Part shown: piece after piece, positions 29,498 to 38,105 of the stretch
Position numbering within the stretch: position 1 is the stretch's first letter
Layout: each line of letters opens with the position of its first letter
Source of the DNA: Candidatus Moraniibacteriota bacterium
GTDB taxonomy: Bacteria; Patescibacteriota; Minisyncoccia; Moranbacterales; UBA1568
Direction: 5' to 3'
Length of the DNA stretch: 64,000 nucleotides
Assembly: GCA_052035095.1 (NCBI GenBank)
Contig: JBPOHW010000001.1
Location: forward strand, 108,857 to 172,856
Notes under the pieces: generated by a model
Databases searched by the model: none
The model's input: the letters and a program-made list of their open reading frames with translations, nothing else
Told to the model about the DNA's origin: nothing
Program-made: the position numbers and the translations under genes

Positions 29498-30700
29498 TTA
29501 AGAATGAGGAATTTTGGTTTTTAAGAAGTGCGCGTATTCGTCGTCTTTTGCATTTTTCGTTGTATATTTTTTGAGTGTCGTTTCTCGCGCTTTTCCTCCC
29601 ATACTTTTTCGAAACATTGCATCGGAGATAAGCCGTTCGAGCTTCTCGCGCCACTCATTCTCGTCTTTCGCGACATATCCGTCAATGCCATCGGTAATCG
29701 CTTCACAAAACGTACCGGTCGCCGCGGCGACCGTCGGCACACCAACTATCCCCGCTTCAAAAAATTTGAGCTCGCTCTTTGCCTCGCAAAAGGGATCGCC
29801 GATTTCGAGGGGCGCGATATTGACATCAACGCTCGCCAGATTCTTGAGATGCTCCGCGCGCGGCGCGTAGGTCACACGAGAAATTCGATCCGAAAAGGCT
29901 TCGAGCTCCAAGGGGAGCGAGAGTGGACCGGCAAGGAAGAGTCGAAGATTTGGACGCGCATCAAGAAGTCTCGTGAGAACACTTGCCACCGTCGCAAAAT
30001 CCCGATCATGCCCCGTCGACCCGCTGAAATAGCCAATGACGACGTCGGCTTTCTTTGGCACATTGCCTAATTCTTTATTCCTTATTCTTACTTCCAAAAT
30101 CGCTTCCGCGATTTTTATGTCTTCTTCACTCAGGCGATTCGGGACGACGAAAACCGGTTTGCCGAATTTCTTGAGTCTTTCAGCAAGAAAGTTGGTACTC
30201 GTCGTAATCGCCGCGACGAATGGATCTTCGAGAAATTCGCTCCCGACACCATGCTCGTACTGTTTCTTTTCAAGGGCATTCATCGCCTCATAGGCGGCGG
30301 TTCGCTTGAAAAGCTCGCCATCAAACACCAAGTCATCCGTATCAAAAAGAACCGTCTTCTTTTTTTCTTTCAACGCGTGAAAAAATTTCTTGATCACTAG
30401 CGTCCATGAGGTGCGATGAAAGATACAGACAGAGAACTTATCGGCGTATCGAACAAGAAACGGATTATCCTGCGTTGTCACCGATATTTTGAAACCATTG
30501 AAGCGAAGCATTTCCGCCATATGATGACATCGATACCGCGCACTATCCCCGACGCCGCTCGCCACAAAGAGAACGTCACCCGAACCGACAGAGCGAAAAA
30601 GCGAGCACGCCGAAAAAAGAATTCGTTTTCCACCTCGAACAATTCCCTCGTGCTTTATAATTGCCCACACTTTTCCAAGTTTTACGAGCGAAAAATTCAT
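29498..30700 (-). CDS. Glycosyltransferase, GT-B fold (GT1/GT4-like)
   Basis: 400-aa protein with a C-terminal Glyco_trans_1-like region (GIVGVPTVAAATGTFCEAITDGIDGYV). Confidence 0.75.
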   Translation of the reverse strand: MNFSLVKLGKVWAIIKHEGIVRGGKRILFSACSLFRSVGSGDVLFVASGVGDSARYRCHHMAEMLRFNGFKISVTTQDNPFLVRYADKFSVCIFHRTSWTLVIKKFFHALKEKKKTVLFDTDDLVFDGELFKRTAAYEAMNALEKKQYEHGVGSEFLEDPFVAAITTSTNFLAERLKKFGKPVFVVPNRLSEEDIKIAEAILEVRIRNKELGNVPKKADVVIGYFSGSTGHDRDFATVASVLTRLLDARPNLRLFLAGPLSLPLELEAFSDRISRVTYAPRAEHLKNLASVDVNIAPLEIGDPFCEAKSELKFFEAGIVGVPTVAAATGTFCEAITDGIDGYVAKDENEWREKLERLISDAMFRKSMGGKARETTLKKYTTKNAKDDEYAHFLKTKIPHS

Positions 30701-30716
30701 AGCGATAATATTGAAC

Positions 30717-30888
30717 GCGAAAGATTCGCTTATTTGGCTAAGAGAAAGAAATTAACGGAGGGGCGGGCGAACTTACAGAAACCACAAACGAAAGCTTCTT
30801 TGAGAGGTTATTTCCATCCATAACACACAAACTCGCCTACCAAGCCCCGGAGCATTTCTTGAACGTGACAAATAAGCGAATCTTTCGC
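30717..30888. repeat. Intercistronic hairpin-closed element, family B copy B1 (20-bp perfect closing stem gcgaaagattcgcttatttg / caaataagcgaatctttcgc)
   Basis: About 135-nt core nearly identical to 32228..32358. It fills the whole spacer between the M23 peptidase stop (30896) and the GT start (30700). Confidence 0.7.
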
Positions 30889-30895
30889 AATACAT

Positions 30896-32176
30896 TCACA
30901 AATACTTTGCCGGATTGATATGCGCGCCGGTCGGAATCATAAGATTTTTGATACTCTTCGATTCAACAACATCAAACGAAGCGCTGCTATACACGCCAAA
31001 GTGCACATGGGGTCCCGTCGAATAGCCCGTCGAACCCATAAGACCGATTTTGTCACCGCGCTTCACACCCTTCCCTTTCGAAACAAGTTGTTTACTCATA
31101 TGCCCATAGAGCGTCGTCAGGCCGTTTTTGTGTTCGATGGCAACCCATTTGCCGTAGGCATACTTCCCATTGTCGCCCGTTGCGATTACCTTGCCATCCT
31201 CGGCGGAAAGTATCGGCGTGCCCGTGCTATCGGCAAAGTCAATCCCATTGTGAAAGGTATACCAACGGGTGAACGTTGTCTTGCCATATCCTTGACTCTT
31301 ACGCGGATCCTTGACCGGATACCCTAAAACGCCCGACCCAAAACCGGGAATAGAACTCAAGTCTATCTTCCCCGCCCGCGCGGCGTCCAATTCTTCGATT
31401 TCATCCTCGATCGCTTTTCGCTGTTTCTCCAGATCGGAAATAACCGCCTCATACTTCGTCTGCTCCGCCGATGCCTGTGCCGCGAGCGTTTCTTTCTTTC
31501 GTTTCGCGCTCTCGAGATAGGAGTTTTGCTGTTCAAGACGAAGCTTGACACTCTCTATTTCCACTTTTTTCTCGCGCGCCAAATCCTGCTCCCGGAAGAG
31601 CGTGTCGCGAAGACTCACCACCCCCGAAAGTGTCTCTCGAATGCCGCTTCCAAACTCAAACAACCGATCGCGCGCAGAAAAAAGATGTTTTGTTTCTTCC
31701 GAAGACGCGAGCAAAAACGAGGGAAGCGTACCGGTCTGCGTTTGAGACTCATAATACGAACGGAGGATATCGGTCAAAAAACGCTTCTGCGAAACAATCA
31801 TTTTCTCTTTCTCTCCGATGCGCGACTCGAGCGATTCTATCTCCTGTCCCAAATTCGCGAGCTTCCGCTCATTGTCGGTGATATTCCCCTCGAGCGCGCT
31901 CGACTGTGCGTCGAGCCGCTTCGCCTCCGTCACCAACTGCGCCTCTTCTTTTTCTTTCAGGGTAACCACTTTTTTGAGAGTTTTTATTTTGTCACCCAAA
32001 AGATCATATTTGTCATCAAGTTGGTCGCTTCTTTTATCAAGGGCATCTTTCTGATCTTGCGTAAGCTCTACCGCATAAACAAAAGATGTTTCACAAACAA
32101 AAACAAAAACCGCACTCACCGCCACGGAAAGTTTCAAGAAAATATCCCACACTGTTTTTTGCCGCGTTTCCTTCAT
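30896..32176 (-). CDS. M23-family peptidase with an N-terminal TM helix and a long coiled-coil (EnvC/NlpD-like)
   Basis: C-terminal M23 motifs HNGIDFA and GSTGYSTGPHVHFGV. The start is taken at MKETRQK, which has a GAGG RBS; the annotated extension to 32227 reads through repeat B2 and is rejected. Confidence 0.8.
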   Translation of the reverse strand: MKETRQKTVWDIFLKLSVAVSAVFVFVCETSFVYAVELTQDQKDALDKRSDQLDDKYDLLGDKIKTLKKVVTLKEKEEAQLVTEAKRLDAQSSALEGNITDNERKLANLGQEIESLESRIGEKEKMIVSQKRFLTDILRSYYESQTQTGTLPSFLLASSEETKHLFSARDRLFEFGSGIRETLSGVVSLRDTLFREQDLAREKKVEIESVKLRLEQQNSYLESAKRKKETLAAQASAEQTKYEAVISDLEKQRKAIEDEIEELDAARAGKIDLSSIPGFGSGVLGYPVKDPRKSQGYGKTTFTRWYTFHNGIDFADSTGTPILSAEDGKVIATGDNGKYAYGKWVAIEHKNGLTTLYGHMSKQLVSKGKGVKRGDKIGLMGSTGYSTGPHVHFGVYSSASFDVVESKSIKNLMIPTGAHINPAKYL

Positions 32177-32193
32177 GATGAAATCCTCAAAAA

Positions 32194-32374
32194 CGCTTTC
32201 GCATTTGGCAAACCTGCTTGCCGGCAAGGCAGGGAGAAAGAAATTAACGCAGCGGCGAGCAAACCTACGAAAACCACAAACGAAAGTTTCTTTGGGAGGT
32301 TATTTCCATCCGTAACACAAAAACTCGCCTACCAAGCCCCGGAGCATTTCTTGAACGTGCCGAATGCGAAAGCG
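32194..32374. repeat. Intercistronic hairpin-closed element, family B copy B2 (16-bp closing stem cgctttcgcatttggc / gccgaatgcgaaagcg), with an extra internal hairpin
   Basis: Same core as B1 but a different closing-stem sequence that still pairs. It carries an inserted palindrome cctgcttgccggcaaggcagg, which resembles cctgccttgccggtaggcagg at 2269..2292. It lies between the gltX stop and the peptidase start. Confidence 0.7.
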
Positions 32375-32406
32375 TTTTTGTATATCACAAACCAGACTTC
32401 TTCCCA

Positions 32407-33915
32407 TTATACCATTTTTTCAAGAAGCATTTCCGCAGACTCAATGCGTCGGAGTGTCGCCGCCTTCCCAATCACCCACGCGATTTCAAAGGGCGGCGGC
32501 GACTGCTTCTCACCCGAGAGCGCGACACGAAGCGGCCAGAGGAAATCACCCTTCCTCTCCCCCGCCACTTCAAGGAGTGTCGGTTCCAATCGCTCCCGCG
32601 TCCACTCACTTTCGGAAAGAGACTGCATCGTATCACGCATTTTTTTGAGCGCCTCGCGCGTTTCTTCCGGCGTATTTTGTTTCCACGGAAGAAGCGCGGG
32701 ATCAACCGTCGGCTCAAGAAAGAAAAATTTCACCGCATCGCCGACATCGGAAAGTTTTTGGAGTCGCTCCTGTTCTATCGAAAGCGCTCTTCGCACAAAG
32801 TCCGCTTTCCTCCGCTCCGGATCCACAGTCTCGAACCATGTTTTTTTCTCGAGAAACGAAAGCGCTTTCATCAGAAAATCATCAAGCGAAAGCTTTTTGA
32901 TATACTGCGCGTTGAGCCAATCCAGTTTCTTTGCATCAAAGACCGCCCCACCCTTGTGCACATGCGCGAGATCAAAAGCTTCGACAAGTTCATCGAGCGA
33001 AAAGATTTCTTGCGTCTTCCCCTCACCGGGATTCCATCCCAAGAGCGCGACGAAGTTGAGGAGCGCCTCCGGAAGATAGCCTTTCTCCAGATAGTCCTCG
33101 ACCGCCACATCGCCCTGGCGCTTGGAGAGCTTGGATCGGTCGGGATTGAGGAGAAGTGGCAAATGCGCAAACTGCGGGATATCCCATCCGAACGCTTCAT
33201 ACAGAAGTATATGCTTCGGCGTCGACGGCAACCATTCTTCCCCGCGAATCACGTGCGTGATACCCATCAAATGATCGTCGACGACATTCGCCAGATGATA
33301 CGTCGGAAAGCCGTCGGACTTTACCAATACCTGATCATCAATCGCCTTCCGCGAAAACGAAACCTTCCCGCGCACGATATCGTCAAAGGTAATCTCTCCC
33401 GCTCCTTCAACGCGAAGCCGCACAACATGCGGCGCGTTTTCTTTCAACCGCTCGGCAACCCCTTCTTTTGAGAGTTCTCGACATTTCCCATCATACCGCG
33501 TCGGCTCCTTGCGCGCCTCCTGCTCCTTTCGCACCGCTTCGAGCCTTTCAGCGCTACAGAAACACCGATACGCCTTTCCCCTCTCTATCAACTCCTCCGC
33601 GTATTTCTTATATATTTCCAGCCGTTCCGACTGCACATACGGCCCGAAATCTCCGAAATTTTGAATTTTGAATTTTGAATTTTGAATTTGCATTACCCCT
33701 TCGTCCCAGTTGAAAAACATTCCGAGTGTTGCGAGCAATTTTTCCGTCGCGTCTTCCACGAACCGCTTCCGATCCGTATCCTCGATACGCAAGACGAATG
33801 TTCCGCCGTGTTTTTTGGCAAACAAATAATTGTAGAGCGCCGTCCGAAGACTCCCCACATGCAAATACCCCGTCGGCGACGGCGCAAACCGCACCCGCAC
33901 TGTTTCATGTTTCAT
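32407..33915 (-). CDS. gltX: Glutamyl-tRNA synthetase
   Basis: N-terminal motif RFAPSPTGYLHVGSLRTAL (HIGH-class) and the KMSKS-like region. 502 aa. Confidence 0.9.
   Translation of the reverse strand: MKHETVRVRFAPSPTGYLHVGSLRTALYNYLFAKKHGGTFVLRIEDTDRKRFVEDATEKLLATLGMFFNWDEGVMQIQNSKFKIQNFGDFGPYVQSERLEIYKKYAEELIERGKAYRCFCSAERLEAVRKEQEARKEPTRYDGKCRELSKEGVAERLKENAPHVVRLRVEGAGEITFDDIVRGKVSFSRKAIDDQVLVKSDGFPTYHLANVVDDHLMGITHVIRGEEWLPSTPKHILLYEAFGWDIPQFAHLPLLLNPDRSKLSKRQGDVAVEDYLEKGYLPEALLNFVALLGWNPGEGKTQEIFSLDELVEAFDLAHVHKGGAVFDAKKLDWLNAQYIKKLSLDDFLMKALSFLEKKTWFETVDPERRKADFVRRALSIEQERLQKLSDVGDAVKFFFLEPTVDPALLPWKQNTPEETREALKKMRDTMQSLSESEWTRERLEPTLLEVAGERKGDFLWPLRVALSGEKQSPPPFEIAWVIGKAATLRRIESAEMLLEKMV
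33646..33682. repeat. Microsatellite (ttttgaa)x4-5 inside the gltX coding sequence
   Basis: Tandem heptamer seen in sequence. It encodes QIQNSKFKIQNF, in frame, in a surface loop region. Confidence 0.6.
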
Positions 33916-33954
33916 AGGTTTTTCCTACGTTTAATTCTAGCTCTTTACCCCACT

Positions 33955-34782
33955 CTACAATACCACCTTTTCCACATTGATTCTCTCCCCAAAAAACCGC
34001 TTTCCCAGTGTTTCGAAATTTTCAGTGATATCGGTCGAGTAAAACGTTCGCGCGCCGTTTCTGGCGAGCGTTCTTTCGCGTTCCGGATGACGATCAAGAT
34101 AGTTTCGGAGTTTTCGCGCGACCACGTTCGCTTCCGAAATGACGTGCACGTTTTTGCCAACGAGCTTCCGGATGCGCCTCTCCAGCATACCATAATGCGT
34201 GCATCCCAGGATCAACGTGTCTATTTTCTTCACAAGGAGTGGCTTCAGGTATTGTTTCAAGAAATGTTCGGTCGCCGGAGAATGTTCCTCTCCCGCCTCG
34301 ACGAGCGGTACGAGGAGTGGACACGCCTCTTGGAAAACATTGATCTTTGGGTCGAGTTTGAAAATCTCCCGAACGAACGCGCCGGAACGAACGGTTCCCG
34401 AGGTCGCCAGAACGCCCACTCGTCCATTTCGCGTTCTCCCCACCGCCTCCTCTGCCGCCGGAATGAGAACACCCAATACATTCCGGTCCGAGAAGTATTT
34501 CGGGAGATACTCCCGTTGAATCCTGCGAAGCGCGTCGCTCGAGGCGGTATTGCACGCGAGGATGATGAGTCCGCAATTTTTCGTGAGCAAAAATTCGACC
34601 GCCTGCCGCGTAAATTCATACACTACTTCCGGCGAACGCGTCCCATACGGCACCCGCGCCGTGTCTCCCAAGTACACAAAGTCATAGTCCGGCAGTTCCT
34701 TCACGATGCCGTGCAAAATCGAAAGCCCCCCAAAGCCGGAATCAAAAACACCAATAGATTGCGTGCGAATGTTTTGAGGCAT
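33955..34782 (-). CDS. murI: Glutamate racemase
   Basis: Motifs VFDSGFGGLS and ILACNTAS / LGCTHY, which carry the catalytic cysteines. Confidence 0.85.
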   Translation of the reverse strand: MPQNIRTQSIGVFDSGFGGLSILHGIVKELPDYDFVYLGDTARVPYGTRSPEVVYEFTRQAVEFLLTKNCGLIILACNTASSDALRRIQREYLPKYFSDRNVLGVLIPAAEEAVGRTRNGRVGVLATSGTVRSGAFVREIFKLDPKINVFQEACPLLVPLVEAGEEHSPATEHFLKQYLKPLLVKKIDTLILGCTHYGMLERRIRKLVGKNVHVISEANVVARKLRNYLDRHPERERTLARNGARTFYSTDITENFETLGKRFFGERINVEKVVL

Positions 34783-34834
34783 AGATCAAGAACCATTCTT
34801 TGTTTAGGGATTTTCCCAATGTTTCTCGTGATAA

Positions 34835-35887
34835 TTATTTCATTTCCTTGTTTACCTCCCTTTCCAGCTGCGCAAAACGATCGAAATCACTCTCAAAAAG
34901 TCGGTCTTGTACGATGCGATATTTTTCGAATTCCATCTCAGCAAACTCTCTGGCGAGTTCGTGTGTCACCTTTCCCGCATCGGATAGCACCGCCCGATCC
35001 GTCATACGAATAAATCGATCCAGTCGTTCGTTCCAATCCGCCATCGTCATGGGAATGTGGCGCGATGCCATATCTTCCGCCAGATCCAAGTAAGCGGAAA
35101 CCATTCGTTCCAAAGAAAAAAGCTCTTGCTTGGTGAGATAATTTTTCGCCACCGAAACATCGAATTTTTGAATCTTTCCGTCCGGAGCGTCTTTCCAACT
35201 CGTCAGTCCCATACGATCCTTGTCGGCACGAGCTCGCGAGACAATCACCTCGGCGGCCGTTTGCCCATGAATAGCCCAGTGAAGTTTATTCTGCACGGTC
35301 GCGAAAAATTTCTTCGTCGTTTCCGCGCTCCGATCATAGTCGATCGCGGTAGCATAAATATCGGTGATCTTCTGGTAAAACTTTCTCTCCGAAAGTCGGA
35401 TTTCTCGTATACGAGAGAGGAGCTCTTCGAAGAATTGTTCTGTTAAAACGGTTCCGCCATTCTTGAGGCGCTCATCATCCATGACAAAACCTTTGATGGT
35501 AAATTCTTTCACGACATCGCGCGCCCATTTGCGAAACTGCACGGCTCGTTCGTTCTCTATCTTGAAACCGACCGAGATAATTGCCTGCAGATTGTAATGC
35601 AAGGCATTGTATTTTTTGCCATCCGCGGCAGTTATCCGGAATTTCCGGATAACTGCATTTTCGTCCAGTTCACCACTTCTAAAAAGATTTTTCAGGTGCT
35701 CATTTATCGTTCGAACGTCTACGTTGTAGAGTATCGCCATTAGTCTTTGCGTCAACCAGATATTCTCATTTTCATAGCGAAGTTCGACCGCCGTTTCTTG
35801 CTCTCCAATGGCCGATACATAAGTCAAATACTCCGCCGCCGACGAACGAATAGTCACTGCTTTCGTTTTTTTCTTTCGATTTGCCAT
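34835..35887 (-). CDS. RhuM-family protein (Virulence_RhuM-like)
   Basis: Conserved central block AIISVGFKIENERAVQFRKWARDVVKEF, typical of the RhuM family. Confidence 0.55.
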   Translation of the reverse strand: MANRKKKTKAVTIRSSAAEYLTYVSAIGEQETAVELRYENENIWLTQRLMAILYNVDVRTINEHLKNLFRSGELDENAVIRKFRITAADGKKYNALHYNLQAIISVGFKIENERAVQFRKWARDVVKEFTIKGFVMDDERLKNGGTVLTEQFFEELLSRIREIRLSERKFYQKITDIYATAIDYDRSAETTKKFFATVQNKLHWAIHGQTAAEVIVSRARADKDRMGLTSWKDAPDGKIQKFDVSVAKNYLTKQELFSLERMVSAYLDLAEDMASRHIPMTMADWNERLDRFIRMTDRAVLSDAGKVTHELAREFAEMEFEKYRIVQDRLFESDFDRFAQLEREVNKEMK

Positions 35888-35913
35888 AATTTCTTGTTGA
35901 CATGAAGCATCTA

Positions 35914-36624
35914 TTACTGTCGCTCGATATATTCCCCTATTTTCTTTATGGAGTCCGATTCCTCGGAAGTTTTATTCAGTTTTACTGTAATATATCCTAA
36001 GAGTTTTTCTAATTTTCGGTTTAACGCATTTGAGTCGATACCAATTTCATTATTAGAAGACATACAGGCTACATCTCTTTGATCATAAAGTAGTACTAGA
36101 GAAACAAAATCCGTACCAGGAACAAAATCTATTCCAAGAGCACCTCTTATCTTTGGCGTGAATTCATGAGCAAGCTTATTTCTAATACGACTAATTTTTT
36201 TTATTAAATCATCAGTAATCCCCGTGATATGTTTTGTGTCTCTAAGAAAATCCTGTAGACATTTTCCACTTCTTTTCTCTAACTCTCCTGACCGTGGAAG
36301 ACGAAAGCTTGAAAAATATTTTTCACATGCCGTACATGCTTTTAATTGTTCTTTTGCTTTTTCTTTTGCTTTCTCTAATTGTTGCACTTCCCCTGCGCTC
36401 CAAAAATCACCTGATTTACCTTCAAGAATAGCATCAATCGTACCCAAGAACTCTATCGTTGCAAGGGTGGAGAGTAATATTGTGAAATTCCCCCCACCTA
36501 TAGACATTTTCTTATCATCCTCCCGAACTGTTGGCACACACTTTGCATACAAATAAGTATTGCCGTCAGCAATACAAAATCTCACTGTCTCTGAAATGCT
36601 TCGAATAATTTGCTGTTTGCTCAT
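35914..36624 (-). CDS. Hypothetical AT-rich orphan protein with an R-x4-H (HEPN-like) motif; candidate abortive-infection/defence effector
   Basis: 236-aa ORF whose local GC is clearly lower than its flanks. The motif IRNKLAHEF fits the HEPN Rx4-6H signature. It is adjacent to RhuM. Confidence 0.4.
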   Translation of the reverse strand: MSKQQIIRSISETVRFCIADGNTYLYAKCVPTVREDDKKMSIGGGNFTILLSTLATIEFLGTIDAILEGKSGDFWSAGEVQQLEKAKEKAKEQLKACTACEKYFSSFRLPRSGELEKRSGKCLQDFLRDTKHITGITDDLIKKISRIRNKLAHEFTPKIRGALGIDFVPGTDFVSLVLLYDQRDVACMSSNNEIGIDSNALNRKLEKLLGYITVKLNKTSEESDSIKKIGEYIERQ

Positions 36625-36728
36625 AAAACTTTTTTCTCTTTAACCTCTTTGTGTTTGCTACATTTCAAATTTTCCTCCAGAGCTACGCGATTACCCATTC
36701 GTAGAAACGAGTGCTCCGCTTCACTTCT

Positions 36729-37460
36729 TCACAAACTTTCCCTCTTCAATTGATCCACACATACCGCTACCGGAAACACCACTACCGCTCGCCAGATTCG
36801 TCGCCAGCGTTTTGGTTGGAGGAAAAGTCGCCAGAGCCACTCAACGCCGAGTACGCGAAACACTTTCGGAGCACGCGGGAGCTTCCCCGTGAGAAAATCA
36901 AACGCGCCGCCGACGCCTATCGCAAGTCTCACCGAGTTCGCCCGTCCCCGCAAGGACTCGAGGAAGTATTCTTGGTCGGGGGCGCCGAAATTGGAGAAGA
37001 CGATAGGGCAGTTAGTAGTTAGTAGTTGGTAGTGAGTAGTTTTTTCAGACTGCTGTCCATATATTTTCAGTTTTGGATATTTTTTGAGGAGGGCGGCTTG
37101 AATTTCTTTGAGAGAGGAGAGTCCATCTCTCTTGATAGCGAGAAAAACTGAGAGATTTCGCGTTTCCGCTTCTTTTAAGATTTCGTGCAGAAGGTCGGCG
37201 CCCGGAAAACGCTCAATATGTTTTCCGTACAGCCACCCGGCAAGCGTGATGCCGAACCCGTCCGCCACGCGAAGATCAGCCCTCAAAAGATTCTCTTTGA
37301 ATTTCTCATCCTCCCTCGCCCGAAGCAAAAACTCCGGTCCCACGGTCGCGATACGAAAGAAAGAATTCCCTGTAAAAATTGATCGGACGCAAGAAAGAAC
37401 CTCTTTTTTTGAAAGACTCGATAAGGGAATCCCAAAAAAGAATCTTTGCTCTTTGTTCAT
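36729..37460 (-). CDS. WecB/TagA/CpsF-family glycosyltransferase (N-acetylmannosaminyltransferase-like)
   Basis: N-terminal and C-terminal blocks match the TagA family (LRADLRVADGFGI; GVGGAFDFLTGKLPRAPK; GVEWLWRL). The start is taken at MNKEQRFFFGIP. The loop before the second half is encoded by the tagtgagtag repeat. Confidence 0.7.
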   Translation of the reverse strand: MNKEQRFFFGIPLSSLSKKEVLSCVRSIFTGNSFFRIATVGPEFLLRAREDEKFKENLLRADLRVADGFGITLAGWLYGKHIERFPGADLLHEILKEAETRNLSVFLAIKRDGLSSLKEIQAALLKKYPKLKIYGQQSEKTTHYQLLTTNCPIVFSNFGAPDQEYFLESLRGRANSVRLAIGVGGAFDFLTGKLPRAPKVFRVLGVEWLWRLFLQPKRWRRIWRAVVVFPVAVCVDQLKRESL

Positions 37461-37470
37461 TGTTCCTTGT

Positions 37471-38040
37471 TCATTGTGTCCCCTCCCCTTCAAGCGGAAA
37501 CTCTTCGAGCGCTTCATATCGCAAGCCTTCTTCTTTTGAGAAGACGCTTTCAAAAAGGAGAATGCTTGAAACGGGAATGGACGTCGCCCAGGACGATTCG
37601 AGATTGGGCTTTTCGGAGAGCGCGTCCCATTTTTCTTTGCGGACGCGAGCGAGCGTTATATGCGGACGAAAACTCTTGCGCGGCGCGTCTTCGATATCGA
37701 GCGCCTCGCGGACATGGTTGTAGAGCGCCAAGAGTTCCGTACTCTCGGGACCCGCGTACCACAAGAGACTACGCGCGTTTTTCCCCTCTTCGGGAAGAAG
37801 CGCGATTCGATCAAAAAAGAGATCAAACTCTTCAATACGAGGTGAAAGTTCCCGCAGGCGCTCCGCCACGAGCGCGATATCCTCATCGTATCGAAACCCG
37901 ATAAAAAGAAGCGTCACATGAAGATTCTCTTCCTTGGTAAGGCGAAGTGGAAGATCTTTCCATGCTTCGAGTCGCTTCCCCACTCGTTTCGCCACCTCCT
38001 TCGGAATTCGGAATCCCAAAAATATTTTTCGCGCTTTCAT
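37471..38040 (-). CDS. thpR: RNA 2',3'-cyclic phosphodiesterase (2H phosphoesterase, LigT/ThpR)
   Basis: Two H-x-T-x motifs (HVTLLFIG and HITLARV). 189 aa. Confidence 0.7.
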   Translation of the reverse strand: MKARKIFLGFRIPKEVAKRVGKRLEAWKDLPLRLTKEENLHVTLLFIGFRYDEDIALVAERLRELSPRIEEFDLFFDRIALLPEEGKNARSLLWYAGPESTELLALYNHVREALDIEDAPRKSFRPHITLARVRKEKWDALSEKPNLESSWATSIPVSSILLFESVFSKEEGLRYEALEEFPLEGEGTQ

Positions 38041-38105
38041 ATGGTCTTACCCTATCAAAAAGCGGTGTTTAAGGCAAATTTTCAAGGGAGGGCGGTTCTG
38101 TTAGT

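Noticed and set aside
33682-35013. Large antisense or plus-strand ORFs (for example 33682..35013, 31526..33079, 8042..8998, 56308..57285, 15596..16318, 19571..20341) overlapping well-supported genes on the opposite strand
   Set aside because: They sit entirely within or across genes with strong family signatures on the other strand, have low-complexity Arg/Pro-rich composition typical of antisense frames of GC-rich coding DNA, and have no recognisable motifs.
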